A DNA stretch of 64,000 nucleotides from NCBI GenBank assembly GCA_003249555.1, contig QKIQ01000017.1, positions 5,937 to 69,936 of the forward strand. The letters run 5' to 3'. This DNA is from Clostridia bacterium. Its GTDB lineage: Bacteria > Bacillota > Clostridia > Christensenellales > SZUA-584. A program made the translations under genes and the position numbers. Shown one piece after another: positions 40,499 to 50,104 of this stretch; position 1 is the stretch's first letter, and every line of letters starts with the position of its first letter. Under the pieces are notes generated by a model, which worked only from the letters and a program-made list of their open reading frames with translations, was not told where the DNA came from and did not search any database.

Positions 40499-41781
40499 GT
40501 GTTCGCATCAACAACGGTTATGTGATAACTGCCAATGCGCAGAACGCATGCATGGAAGGATGTGTTATCGTCGATGGCGGCATTATCGTTTATGCAGGTT
40601 CTGAGGCGTTAGCTCCTGATATGGATGTCGCGCGGACAATAGATGCGAACGGTGGAATTATTGCCCCCGGTTTTGTGAATACGCATACGCATGTGGCGAT
40701 GAATCTGCTGCGCGGCTATGCGGACGACATGGCGTTGATGGACTGGCTTCAAAACAGTATTTGGCCCGCAGAAGCCAGGCTGGATGAGGAAGCTGTTTAT
40801 TGGGGGACTATGCTTGCGATAGCCGAGATGGTTTCTGGCGGCATCACATGCTTTTCCGACATGTATAACTTCACTGAACAGATCGCTAAAGCGGCAAACG
40901 ACGCCGGCATTCGTGCACTGATTGCAACCGCCGTGCTGGATATAGACGGGCAGGGAGATAAACGTCTTCAAAAAGCGGCTGATCTTTTCGATTTTGTTAA
41001 GGATTATCCACGGGTGGAAGCGGCAATCGGGCCGCATGCCGAATACACCGTCAGTCCCGAGATGTTTAAAAAGGTTGGTAAGTATGCTCAGAAATTCGGA
41101 TCACGCATTCATGTGCATATTTCGGAAACTTTCGGCGAACACAGCGAATGCATAGAAAGGCATGGGAAGACACCCATTGGCCTTCTAAACAGCCTTGGTC
41201 TTCTAGAGCTTCCATTAATGGCAGCTCACTGCGTCTGGATCAGTGACGAAGATATGACATTGATGGCAGAAAAGGATATCACTGTGCTTTCTTGCCCGGG
41301 CAGTAATCTGAAACTTGGAAGCGGCATTGCACGTGTGTGCAAAATGATGGACACGGGCGTCAATGTAAGCTGTGCGACGGACGGCGCGGCAAGCAATAAC
41401 AACTTGTCTATGATGGAGGAAATGACGCTTATATCGTTGCTGCAAAAGGGCGTGAACCATCAGCCCATGCTGATGCCCGCTAAAACGGCTGTCAGAATTG
41501 CGACAATTAATGGCGCAAAAGCTCTGGGACTCGAACAAATAACCGGCAGCATTGAAGCGGGAAAACAGGCAGACCTTGTGATTATTGATACATCCGGTGT
41601 CCGATATTGCCCAAAAACGAATTTGCTCAATCATTTCGTTTACAGCGGTTCTGATGCTGATGTCAAGCTTACTATGGTCGGCGGCGATATACTATATGAA
41701 GACGGAAAAATCACTTTTGGTGATATTGAGGAAATAAAAGCAAAAGCGTCACAGCAGACGGCAAGGCTCGTGATGACTTAA
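40495..41781 (+). CDS. mtaD: Amidohydrolase, MTA/SAH deaminase-like (MtaD family)
   Basis: PGFVNTHTHVAM.LLRG.ADD..L..WL, H.SET, H......D, TDG..SNN..... ATGA overlap with ahcY. Confidence 0.8.
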   Translation: MSVRINNGYVITANAQNACMEGCVIVDGGIIVYAGSEALAPDMDVARTIDANGGIIAPGFVNTHTHVAMNLLRGYADDMALMDWLQNSIWPAEARLDEEAVYWGTMLAIAEMVSGGITCFSDMYNFTEQIAKAANDAGIRALIATAVLDIDGQGDKRLQKAADLFDFVKDYPRVEAAIGPHAEYTVSPEMFKKVGKYAQKFGSRIHVHISETFGEHSECIERHGKTPIGLLNSLGLLELPLMAAHCVWISDEDMTLMAEKDITVLSCPGSNLKLGSGIARVCKMMDTGVNVSCATDGAASNNNLSMMEEMTLISLLQKGVNHQPMLMPAKTAVRIATINGAKALGLEQITGSIEAGKQADLVIIDTSGVRYCPKTNLLNHFVYSGSDADVKLTMVGGDILYEDGKITFGDIEEIKAKASQQTARLVMT

Positions 41782-41793
41782 GGGGGACCATCA

Positions 41794-43563
41794 TTGAAAA
41801 AACTGTGTTTTTTCTTTGCAATATTGGTATTGCTAAGCGGATCATTTGCCGGATGCGTACCGGTAAACGATGATGAAAGCACACCCCAGCCAGCGACAGG
41901 CGGTGTGGCTTCAGTTAATAATAACATAAACATAAAAGATATCGACATTACTCGTCAGAACGAGCAAACAGTGATTACATTTTCTTTGCTTAGCGGCAGC
42001 CGGAAAGCTGGATATCCGGAATCTAAGCTGACTCAATTACCTCCATATGAAATCAAGCTGCTTGATCAGCCGCAGCGGCTAATGATACGTTTTGATAACA
42101 TCAGCTTTCGAGATTATCAGCCAAAATCTTCATGGGCTATTTCTGACTTTGTACTTGGTATTTTCAGAGAAGTTCCTGCCGACGATGATTCATTGATTAT
42201 ATTTATTCAGCTGTCAAGAACGGCAAGCTTTAATGTGTCCGAAAATGAAGGCAATCTCACTGTCACGTTAACACCCGGAAAAGAAAATGAAAACACGCGA
42301 TATTTTTGTGTGTCCAACTCTTTTTATGAGCATCAGGAGGGCCGCTGGCCCGATACGATAGATATGCAGCCTGTTCTTTGCAGCGACCTTCAAACAAAGC
42401 TGCTTATCTCCAGACCCTTTGATACAAAAGATGAAGCTGAAAGCTATATGCAAAATGTCCGGTCTCAGCTTAAAGAAACGCTGCCCGATGCCGTTTTATC
42501 GATTATTGATGTGGCAAAAAGCGCACTGCCAGATTTTATAACCGATATTGATTATTTGCAAGTTGAAGGTCATCGCGTCTTAATGAAAGACGGCACGTAC
42601 CCTGAAACAACCGTTTTGCTGGAAAATGGACGATATCTTGCTACGGCGCCAGACGGTTCAATTGCATTTTCGCGACCTTATAAGCCAGAAGAGCCGGTAC
42701 TTGACCAAGATCGATTTTTAATGTCTGAGCAGCTATGGATTTTAAATACCGACGGACGATTACAAAGCATTAATGCATCAGAATTCTTTACAATCGATAA
42801 AGCAGCATTTTCTATTGACGGGCATTATATTGCAATCCTCGATAAGTCAATTGAAAACATCGTGCTTTATGTTTATGATTTAGAGAGCCAAACACTTGTT
42901 AACCTAGGTGAAGAAGGGTTTGGAAGCCAAACGGTTGATTTCGCTTGGTCAGACGCAAGCAACACGCTTTATGCGATGACAGGAAATAATACCACAAAAC
43001 AGATGAAATCCTGTGTGTTTTATGAAGACGGCAGTTTTTCTATTTCCGCTGTCGAAGAACAGGAGGGCGGGGAAGGTCATATCGCCGTCTGGCAGGGCCG
43101 CCTTTTCTTTGCGGACAGCGTCGCCAGTAAGGTTTATGAAATTGGCGATACACGGCGCGAAATCACCAGCGGTGTCGATATCCGCGTTCAGGCAGATTCG
43201 AAATATCTGCTTGTGCTGGAAGCAGGAGCTTCACAGGACGAACAGGTTTTAACAAGCCTTAAACTTTTTGATATTGATTCAACCAAAACAATATATATCA
43301 TACAAGATACTGTTATCGAAAATTTTGGTTTCATGCAGGGTGGCAAGGTTTATTATCTTGATGCACTGTCCGAGAATGTAAAAAGTGACTATCCTTATGG
43401 CCTTTTTGCATATGACGCAGCAAAAGGCATACTTGAAGAAATGGCGCTATGCAGTACCATTGAATTTGCCACATCGACATCAGATATGTTATACTTTATC
43501 GATTATTTGGGCGAAAATAATAACGCCTTTTATGCCACGTATGCATTTGATTTAAGTACGTAA
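41794..43563 (+). CDS. Lipoprotein of unknown function (AMIN-like, SPOR-like and beta-propeller-like regions)
   Basis: TTG start 6 nt after AGGGGGA. Signal peptide with lipobox LSGSFAG|C. Domain impressions come from pattern only; see findings. Confidence 0.6.
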   Translation: MKKLCFFFAILVLLSGSFAGCVPVNDDESTPQPATGGVASVNNNINIKDIDITRQNEQTVITFSLLSGSRKAGYPESKLTQLPPYEIKLLDQPQRLMIRFDNISFRDYQPKSSWAISDFVLGIFREVPADDDSLIIFIQLSRTASFNVSENEGNLTVTLTPGKENENTRYFCVSNSFYEHQEGRWPDTIDMQPVLCSDLQTKLLISRPFDTKDEAESYMQNVRSQLKETLPDAVLSIIDVAKSALPDFITDIDYLQVEGHRVLMKDGTYPETTVLLENGRYLATAPDGSIAFSRPYKPEEPVLDQDRFLMSEQLWILNTDGRLQSINASEFFTIDKAAFSIDGHYIAILDKSIENIVLYVYDLESQTLVNLGEEGFGSQTVDFAWSDASNTLYAMTGNNTTKQMKSCVFYEDGSFSISAVEEQEGGEGHIAVWQGRLFFADSVASKVYEIGDTRREITSGVDIRVQADSKYLLVLEAGASQDEQVLTSLKLFDIDSTKTIYIIQDTVIENFGFMQGGKVYYLDALSENVKSDYPYGLFAYDAAKGILEEMALCSTIEFATSTSDMLYFIDYLGENNNAFYATYAFDLST

Positions 43564-43584
43564 TAATGTTTTTAGGAGGACGGC

Positions 43585-43872
43585 ATGCAAGTTCCCATTT
43601 CCGAGGTGGAGAAAATCGCGACGCTCTCACGGCTGAGCTTTAGCGAAGAAGAGAAAAAGCAGTATCAGCATCATCTTGAAGCCATACTTAAATCCGCACA
43701 GCGCCTTGAAGAGTTGGATACAAAAGATGTTTTGCCGACGGCGCATATTCAGGGCGTAGAAAACGTACTGAGGCAAGATAAAGTTATGGAAAGCATGGAT
43801 AATGATAAACTAACGGCAAACGCACCCGAGCGAGAGAACGGGTGTTTCATTGTGCCCAAGGTTGTTGAATGA
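43585..43872 (+). CDS. gatC: Asp/Glu-tRNA(Asn/Gln) amidotransferase subunit C
   Basis: V..IA.LSRL.FSEEE and the position ahead of gatA/gatB. Confidence 0.9.
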   Translation: MQVPISEVEKIATLSRLSFSEEEKKQYQHHLEAILKSAQRLEELDTKDVLPTAHIQGVENVLRQDKVMESMDNDKLTANAPERENGCFIVPKVVE

Positions 43873-43881
43873 GGTGACGGT

Positions 43882-45354
43882 TTGAAAACATATGAATTGA
43901 GCATGAAACAGGCCATGGACAAGCTTGCAGCAAAAGAAATTAGCGCTGAGGAGTTGGTTTCAGGCTTGCTATGCAGAATATCGGAAAAAGAACCTCAGCT
44001 GCGCGCGTTAAATTTTGTTTGCGATAAACAATCCATTGAGGAAGCAAAGAACGCAGATAAACGCCGCGCAAAGGGCGAACAAAAAAGCGCGTTCGATGGT
44101 ATCCCTGCCATCATTAAAGATAATATATGTACGGAAGATATACCCACAACCTGTTCCTCAAAAATGCTGGAGGATTTTGTGCCCCCGTACAACGCACATG
44201 TCATTGAAAGATTCAAGTCTCTTGGTATTATTACGCTTGCCAAATCCAATCTTGATGAGTTCGCGATGGGTTCTTCAACGGAAAACAGCGCTTTTAGAAC
44301 ATCTGCGAATCCATGGGATTTACAGCGTGTCCCTGGGGGTTCATCGGGGGGCAGCGCAGCGGCTGTATCCGCCGGGTTTGCGCCGCTGGCTCTCGGGTCC
44401 GATACAGGCGGAAGCATACGTCAGCCGGCCTCATACTGCGGTGTCGTAGGGCTTAAACCCACGTACGGCGCGGTATCGCGCTATGGGCTTGTGGCATTCG
44501 CCTCTTCTCTTGATCAAATCGGCCCGTTTTCGCGTACAATTGAGGATGCTGCCTTATCACTGAATGCGCTTTGCGGCTATGACAGGCGCGATTCGACGTC
44601 AATAAATATGAAATACCCCGATTTTTCGCATGGATTAAAGGATGGCGTAAAAGGTTTGAAAATTGGTGTACCCAAGGAGTATTTTGCTGAAGGCCTTGGT
44701 CAAGACGCCAAAGCCGCACTGATAAGCGCCATGAAAAAGTATCAGGAGCTTGGCGCGGTAGTGGAGGAAACCACGCTGCCCACGTTCGATTATGCGCTCA
44801 GCGCCTATTACATCATATCTTCAGCGGAAGCCACATCCAATTTGTCACGTTACGATGGTGTGAAATACGGACACCGCGCAAAAAACTACGACGGTATTGT
44901 GGACATGTATATTCAGTCGCGCAATGAAGGCTTTGGCGCCGAAGTGAAGCGCCGTATGATGCTTGGCAACTATGTGCTGAGCTCCGGCTATTATGATGCG
45001 TATTACTTAAAAGCGCTAAAAGTGAGAACACTCATCAAACGAGACTTTGATTCTCTTTTTGAGAAATATGACTGCATACTCTCGCCCACCGCACCGACGC
45101 CTGCTTTCGTTGCAGGCGCGAAAAGCGATCCTTTACAGATGTATATGACGGACATTTATACTGTTCCTGTGAACATCGCGGGACTCACCGCAGTATCAAT
45201 GCCCTTTGGTTTAAGCCATGAAGGGCTTCCTATCGGCGTTCAGCTTATTGCTAAGCCGCTCGGAGAACCGGTGATGCTGCGCACGGCCTATGCGCTGGAA
45301 CAGGCAATCGAGCCCATTGGAGCGCCTGCATTTAAGGGGGGGAAGCAGTCATGA
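43882..45354 (+). CDS. gatA: Asp/Glu-tRNA(Asn/Gln) amidotransferase subunit A
   Basis: Amidase signature GGSSGGSAAAV..G.....LGSDTGGSIRQPA. Confidence 0.95.
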   Translation: MKTYELSMKQAMDKLAAKEISAEELVSGLLCRISEKEPQLRALNFVCDKQSIEEAKNADKRRAKGEQKSAFDGIPAIIKDNICTEDIPTTCSSKMLEDFVPPYNAHVIERFKSLGIITLAKSNLDEFAMGSSTENSAFRTSANPWDLQRVPGGSSGGSAAAVSAGFAPLALGSDTGGSIRQPASYCGVVGLKPTYGAVSRYGLVAFASSLDQIGPFSRTIEDAALSLNALCGYDRRDSTSINMKYPDFSHGLKDGVKGLKIGVPKEYFAEGLGQDAKAALISAMKKYQELGAVVEETTLPTFDYALSAYYIISSAEATSNLSRYDGVKYGHRAKNYDGIVDMYIQSRNEGFGAEVKRRMMLGNYVLSSGYYDAYYLKALKVRTLIKRDFDSLFEKYDCILSPTAPTPAFVAGAKSDPLQMYMTDIYTVPVNIAGLTAVSMPFGLSHEGLPIGVQLIAKPLGEPVMLRTAYALEQAIEPIGAPAFKGGKQS

Positions 45355-46781
45355 AATATGAAACCGTCATCGGGCTCGAGGTGCACGTCGAGCTTGCAAC
45401 TGAAACAAAGATATTCTGCTCGTGCGAAAACAAATTCGGCGGTGAACCCAATACACATTGCTGTCCCGTTTGCACTGGCATGCCGGGTGTACTTCCCGTG
45501 CTCAATGAAAAGGTCGTGGAATTTGCGGCGCGTGCAGGTCTTGCAACCAACTGCAAAATCGCCAACTTTTCCAAGATGGACCGCAAGGGCTACTATTATC
45601 CCGATCTGCCTAAAGCATATCAAATATCGCAGTTTGATCTGCCGCTCTGCAAAGAGGGCTATGTCGATATCAATGTAAACGACGAAGAAAAACGCATTCG
45701 CATCACACGTATTCATATGGAGGAAGACGCGGGAAAGCTGCTGCATGATGCCTGTGCGGGTACCGCTGTGGATTACAACCGCTGCGGTGTGCCGCTGATT
45801 GAAATCGTCTCTGAGCCTGATATGCGCAGCGCCGAAGAAGCAAAGGCTTTCTTAGAAGCGCTGAAAAGCATTATGCAATACACAGGTGTTTCTGATTGTA
45901 AAATGCAGGAAGGGTCTCTTCGCTGTGATGTCAACATCTCCGTTCGCGAAGAAGGCAGCAATGTGCTGGGAACGCGCACTGAAATGAAAAATCTCAATAG
46001 TTTTTCTGCGGTTCACCGCGCGATTGAAGCAGAAAGCGCCCGTCAAATCGCCGTTCTTGAAGACGGCGGCACGGTTCAGCAGGAAACGCGGCGTTTTGAC
46101 GACGCGAAAGGAAAAAGCTATGCCATGCGTGGCAAGGAAGAGGCACACGATTACCGCTATTTTCCTGATCCCGATCTTGTCCCTATTACACTTTCGGACG
46201 AGCGCATCAAACAACTTAAAGACAGCTTGCCTGAATTGCCCGCGGCAAAGAAGATGCGCTATATTGAAGAATTGGGACTGTCGGAATACGATGCGGGTGT
46301 ACTGACGGCAGAGCGCGACATCGCGTTGTTCTTTGATGCGTGCCTTGCGCAGTACAATGAGCCCAAAAAGGTCTGCAACCTCATCACAACAGACCTGCTT
46401 CGGCTTTTGAAGGAAGACAGTATCTCGCCAGAAAATAATCCTGTTAAACCTGCTCATCTAGCAGAAACGCTCAAGCTTATCGAAACTGGGCAGATCAATA
46501 TTACGGTTGCGAAAACTGTTTTTGAGGAATGCTTCCGCACAGGCGAATCTCCGGCTGCCATTGTTGAGAAAAAGGGGCTTGCGCAGATTAGCGATACGGA
46601 TGAGATTCGCAGCATGATTCGCGATATCATTTCTAATAATCCGGGCCCTGTGGCCGATTTTAAGGGTGGGAAGCAAAAGGCGTTGACATTTTTTGTGGGG
46701 CAGGTCATGAAAGCGACACGCGGCCAAGCCAATCCGCAAGTTGTCAACAGCATTGCACTGGAGGAGCTTGACAAGGCATAA
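45351..46781 (+). CDS. gatB: Asp/Glu-tRNA(Asn/Gln) amidotransferase subunit B
   Basis: YE.VIGLEVHVEL.T..K.FC.C, RIH.EEDAGK, and the GatB/YqeY C-terminus. Confidence 0.95.
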   Translation: MKYETVIGLEVHVELATETKIFCSCENKFGGEPNTHCCPVCTGMPGVLPVLNEKVVEFAARAGLATNCKIANFSKMDRKGYYYPDLPKAYQISQFDLPLCKEGYVDINVNDEEKRIRITRIHMEEDAGKLLHDACAGTAVDYNRCGVPLIEIVSEPDMRSAEEAKAFLEALKSIMQYTGVSDCKMQEGSLRCDVNISVREEGSNVLGTRTEMKNLNSFSAVHRAIEAESARQIAVLEDGGTVQQETRRFDDAKGKSYAMRGKEEAHDYRYFPDPDLVPITLSDERIKQLKDSLPELPAAKKMRYIEELGLSEYDAGVLTAERDIALFFDACLAQYNEPKKVCNLITTDLLRLLKEDSISPENNPVKPAHLAETLKLIETGQINITVAKTVFEECFRTGESPAAIVEKKGLAQISDTDEIRSMIRDIISNNPGPVADFKGGKQKALTFFVGQVMKATRGQANPQVVNSIALEELDKA

Positions 46782-46883
46782 GCAATAAATACAGCACCTT
46801 TTACCGAAGCGGTGTTGAATCGGGAGGAAATCAATAAAATTTTAAGCAAATTGATGGAAAAGCTTATTATTTCCTAATCATTA

Positions 46884-46892
46884 TGCTATAAT
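46884..46892 (+). promoter_or_regulatory. Candidate extended -10 element upstream of yicC
   Basis: TGCTATAAT. No good -35 at canonical spacing. Confidence 0.3.
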
Positions 46893-46936
46893 CAATAATT
46901 AATAATCAATAAATTGAATAAGGGGCGAATATAATT

Positions 46937-47812
46937 TTGCGTAGTATGACTGGCTTTGGACGTGCCGAAGTCGAAGAAGAGGGAAGAAAACTGACGGTCG
47001 AACTAAAAACCGTGAATCACCGTTTTTTGGATATTAATATACGTATACCGCGAACGCTCGGGTTTTTAGAAGAGCTTATCCGCAAATCCATCAAAGAGAG
47101 GCTTTCACGCGGTCGTGTAGATGTTTTTGTGAACTACAGCACGCTTGAGAGCGATGCCAAGACCGCTGTTGCTGACTTAGGGTTCATACGCTCTTATTTA
47201 GATGCAGCACGGCAAGCTGCTTTGGACACGGGCATTCAAGACGATATACAGCTTTCACATATTATACGCATTCCTGATATGATTGTGATTCAGGAAGCCA
47301 GCGAAGATGAGGACCGACTCTCGCGTATAGTGCAAAAGGCCTCATCTTTGGCAATTGAGGCGCTGGAAGGTATGCGGCTTCGCGAAGGAGAATCTCTGAA
47401 GATAAACATCGTCGAGTGTCTGGATACACTGCAAGCGATACGCTGCCGCATCGATGAAAGAAAAGACGAGGTTATCAGCGAATACGCCGTTAAATTAAGG
47501 CAACGGATATCGGAGCTTATCGCGAATACGGAAATAGACGAAGCGCGCTTTAATACCGAGGTGGCACTTATGGCGGACAGAGCTGATGTCACAGAGGAGA
47601 TTGTACGCCTCGGTACCCATATCAATGAGTTCAGAAAAGCTTTGTGCGATAAAAACGCGGTAGGACGAAAGCTTGATTTCATGGTGCAAGAAATGAATCG
47701 AGAAATAAACACCATTGGATCAAAATCGCAGGATTTCGATATCACAGCTGCGGTCATTGAAGGCAAAAGTATAATCGAAAAAATAAGAGAACAAATTCAA
47801 AATATTGAATAA
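46937..47812 (+). CDS. yicC: YicC-family protein (YloC-like endoribonuclease)
   Basis: (M)[16 protein letters not shown], and C-terminal DV.EE..RL..H......GRKLDF..QEM.RE.NTIGSK. TTG start. Confidence 0.88.
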   Translation: MRSMTGFGRAEVEEEGRKLTVELKTVNHRFLDINIRIPRTLGFLEELIRKSIKERLSRGRVDVFVNYSTLESDAKTAVADLGFIRSYLDAARQAALDTGIQDDIQLSHIIRIPDMIVIQEASEDEDRLSRIVQKASSLAIEALEGMRLREGESLKINIVECLDTLQAIRCRIDERKDEVISEYAVKLRQRISELIANTEIDEARFNTEVALMADRADVTEEIVRLGTHINEFRKALCDKNAVGRKLDFMVQEMNREINTIGSKSQDFDITAAVIEGKSIIEKIREQIQNIE

Positions 47813-47829
47813 TTTATGGAGGAAATGTT

Positions 47830-48090
47830 ATGGCTATCAAGCTCATAAACATCGGTTTCGGTAACATCGTATCGGCGAACCGGCTGATTGCGATTGTAAG
47901 CCCCGAATCTGCACCAATCAAGCGCATCATTCAGGAAGCCAGACAAAAAGGCAATCTGATTGATGCCACTTATGGGAGACGCACTCGCGCTGTGATCATC
48001 ACGGACAGCGATCATGTGATTCTGTCGGCTGTTCAGCCAGAGACAGTCGCACACCGTTTGTCCGATAAAGATGATGACTCAGAGGAGTAG
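47830..48090 (+). CDS. remA: DUF370 / RemA-family regulator (YlzA-like)
   Basis: [47 protein letters not shown]. Confidence 0.88.
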   Translation: MAIKLINIGFGNIVSANRLIAIVSPESAPIKRIIQEARQKGNLIDATYGRRTRAVIITDSDHVILSAVQPETVAHRLSDKDDDSEE

Positions 48091-48093
48091 TGC

Positions 48094-48687
48094 ATGAGCA
48101 AAGGGCTTTTGATTGTCCTTTCCGGCCCATCAGGCACCGGAAAAGGAACAGTATGCAAAGCGCTGCTAAATAAACGCAAGGACATTTCGTTATCTGTTTC
48201 GTGCACCACGCGCACGCCTCGTGCGGGAGAAATAGACGGTGTGAGCTATTTTTTCAAAACTCAAGATGAATTTAAAAAGCTCATTGAGAAAGATGCGTTT
48301 TTAGAATATGCAGATGTGTTTTCAAACTATTACGGTACACCAAAAAGTTTTGTGGATGCCGAGATAGGGCAGGGCAAGGATGTATTGTTGGAAATCGATG
48401 TACAGGGCGCGCTGAAGGTGAAAGCAGCGTATCCTCAAGGAGTCTATATTTTTCTTGTACCGCCTTCAATGGAGGAATTGGAGAACCGTATACGAAGCAG
48501 GGGCACCGAAACATCTGAGCAAATTGAATCGAGGCTGGGAAAAGCCAGCTCGGAAATGAAGCTTATGAAGGAATACGATTACAGAATCGTCAACGATACC
48601 GTGGATGATGTGGTAAGCCGTATAGAAGCCATTATGGCAGCGGAAAAGTTGAGGATTATCCGCTATGAAGACGAAACAAAGGAGTGA
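48094..48687 (+). CDS. gmk: Guanylate kinase
   Basis: L.VLSGPSGTGKGT, S.TTR.PR.GE.DG..Y.F. Confidence 0.95.
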   Translation: MSKGLLIVLSGPSGTGKGTVCKALLNKRKDISLSVSCTTRTPRAGEIDGVSYFFKTQDEFKKLIEKDAFLEYADVFSNYYGTPKSFVDAEIGQGKDVLLEIDVQGALKVKAAYPQGVYIFLVPPSMEELENRIRSRGTETSEQIESRLGKASSEMKLMKEYDYRIVNDTVDDVVSRIEAIMAAEKLRIIRYEDETKE

Positions 48688-48894
48688 TTGAATATGATGT
48701 ACCCGGGAGTCAGCGAACTAAAAGAAAAGGTGGACTGCCGCTATACGCTCGTCGTGGAATCGGCCAAAAGAGCGCGCCAGCTCGTAGACGGCGCCGAACC
48801 GTTGACAGAAGATTATGAGGCGAACCCCGTATCTCAAGCCGCAAAAGAGATCTATAGCGACAAAATTACCTACATATCGCCGGAAGAGGGATAA
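48688..48894 (+). CDS. rpoZ: DNA-directed RNA polymerase subunit omega
   Basis: RYTLVVESAKRARQL and the position after gmk. The start is TTG 48688 or ATG 48694. Confidence 0.88.
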   Translation: MNMMYPGVSELKEKVDCRYTLVVESAKRARQLVDGAEPLTEDYEANPVSQAAKEIYSDKITYISPEEG

Positions 48895-48897
48895 GTT

Positions 48898-50100
48898 ATG
48901 CCCTTAACGGTCATAGTCGGCGTATCGGGCGGTATAGCTGCTTATAAGTCGGCTTATCTCGTCAGCGCACTCAAAAAAAAAGGCTATGAAGTTCATGTGC
49001 TGATGACACAAAACGCGCTCAAATTTGTTGGTGCTGTCACTTTTGAAACACTCACGGGCAATGCCGTGCTCACCGATACATTTGAGAGAAAAGAAGAATA
49101 TGATGTGAAGCATGTCTCGCTGGCCAAAAAAGCAGACATGCTTATTATTGCGCCCGCAACCGCGGATATTCTTGCCAAAGCGGCTGCCGGTATTGCTGAC
49201 GATATGCTCACCACAACACTGCTCGCAACCTCATGCCCTGTTGTGTTTGCGCCGGCCATGAACGAAGCAATGTTTGCGGATTCGGCGACACAGCATAATG
49301 TTTCGCTGCTTAAAAAACGCGGTTATTACGTCATGGATACGGGTCAGGGGCTGCTTGCATGCGGCGACGTTGGCTCGGGCCGTATGAAGGAGCCTGATGA
49401 AATCATCGACTTTGCGATGCATGTATTCAAATCACTTCATGATATGGCGGGCATCCGTGTGCTTGTTTCTGCAGGGCCTACACGCGAGATGATTGATCCA
49501 GTTCGTTTCTTATCCAACCGTTCTACTGGAAAAATGGGTTATGCCATCGCACAAGCCGCGATAAACAGGGGCGCCGATGTGACGCTCGTATCCGGCCCCG
49601 TGGCAGTGGAAGCGCCGCTCAAGGCCAAAATGATGCATGTGGTTTCTGCCGCAGAAATGGCTTCTCAAATGCTCCGGCTTTGCAAACACGCAGACATTAT
49701 CGTGATGGCGGCAGCCGTAGCAGACTATACGCCAGAGACAGTCAGCAGTCTGAAAATCAAAAAAGGGGCGGATATGACGCTAAACCTTGTCCGTACCAAA
49801 GATATTTTGAGCGAACTTGGTGCAAGCAAGAAAGACAATCAGCTTCTTATGGGCTTTGCGGCTGAAACGCATGATTTTGAAGCCAACGCCAAAACTAAAA
49901 TGAACAAAAAGAATCTTGACGTTATTGCGCTTAATGATGTCTCCCGCAGTGACGAAGGCTTTGAATCAGACAGAAACAATATCATTCTGTATTATAAAGA
50001 CGGCACATCGCAGAATCTGGGAAGCGAAAGCAAAACCATTCTATCACAGCACATCATGGATGTACTTAAAAAGCAATATCAAAAGATGACCGCGAGGTAA
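48898..50100 (+). CDS. coaBC: Bifunctional phosphopantothenoylcysteine decarboxylase / phosphopantothenate--cysteine ligase
   Basis: GVSGGIAAYK, PAMN..M, G.LACGD.G.GR, T.GPT.E.IDPVR...N.S.GKMG. Confidence 0.93.
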   Translation: MPLTVIVGVSGGIAAYKSAYLVSALKKKGYEVHVLMTQNALKFVGAVTFETLTGNAVLTDTFERKEEYDVKHVSLAKKADMLIIAPATADILAKAAAGIADDMLTTTLLATSCPVVFAPAMNEAMFADSATQHNVSLLKKRGYYVMDTGQGLLACGDVGSGRMKEPDEIIDFAMHVFKSLHDMAGIRVLVSAGPTREMIDPVRFLSNRSTGKMGYAIAQAAINRGADVTLVSGPVAVEAPLKAKMMHVVSAAEMASQMLRLCKHADIIVMAAAVADYTPETVSSLKIKKGADMTLNLVRTKDILSELGASKKDNQLLMGFAAETHDFEANAKTKMNKKNLDVIALNDVSRSDEGFESDRNNIILYYKDGTSQNLGSESKTILSQHIMDVLKKQYQKMTAR

Positions 50101-50104
50101 TCCG

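Noticed and set aside
46782-46936. 155-bp gatB-yicC spacer checked for an sRNA, riboswitch or small ORF
   Set aside because: It holds only a weak hairpin (CAGCACC...GGTGTTG) without a T tract, a 7-codon ORF and an extended -10 box. Nothing is recognisable as a structured RNA family.
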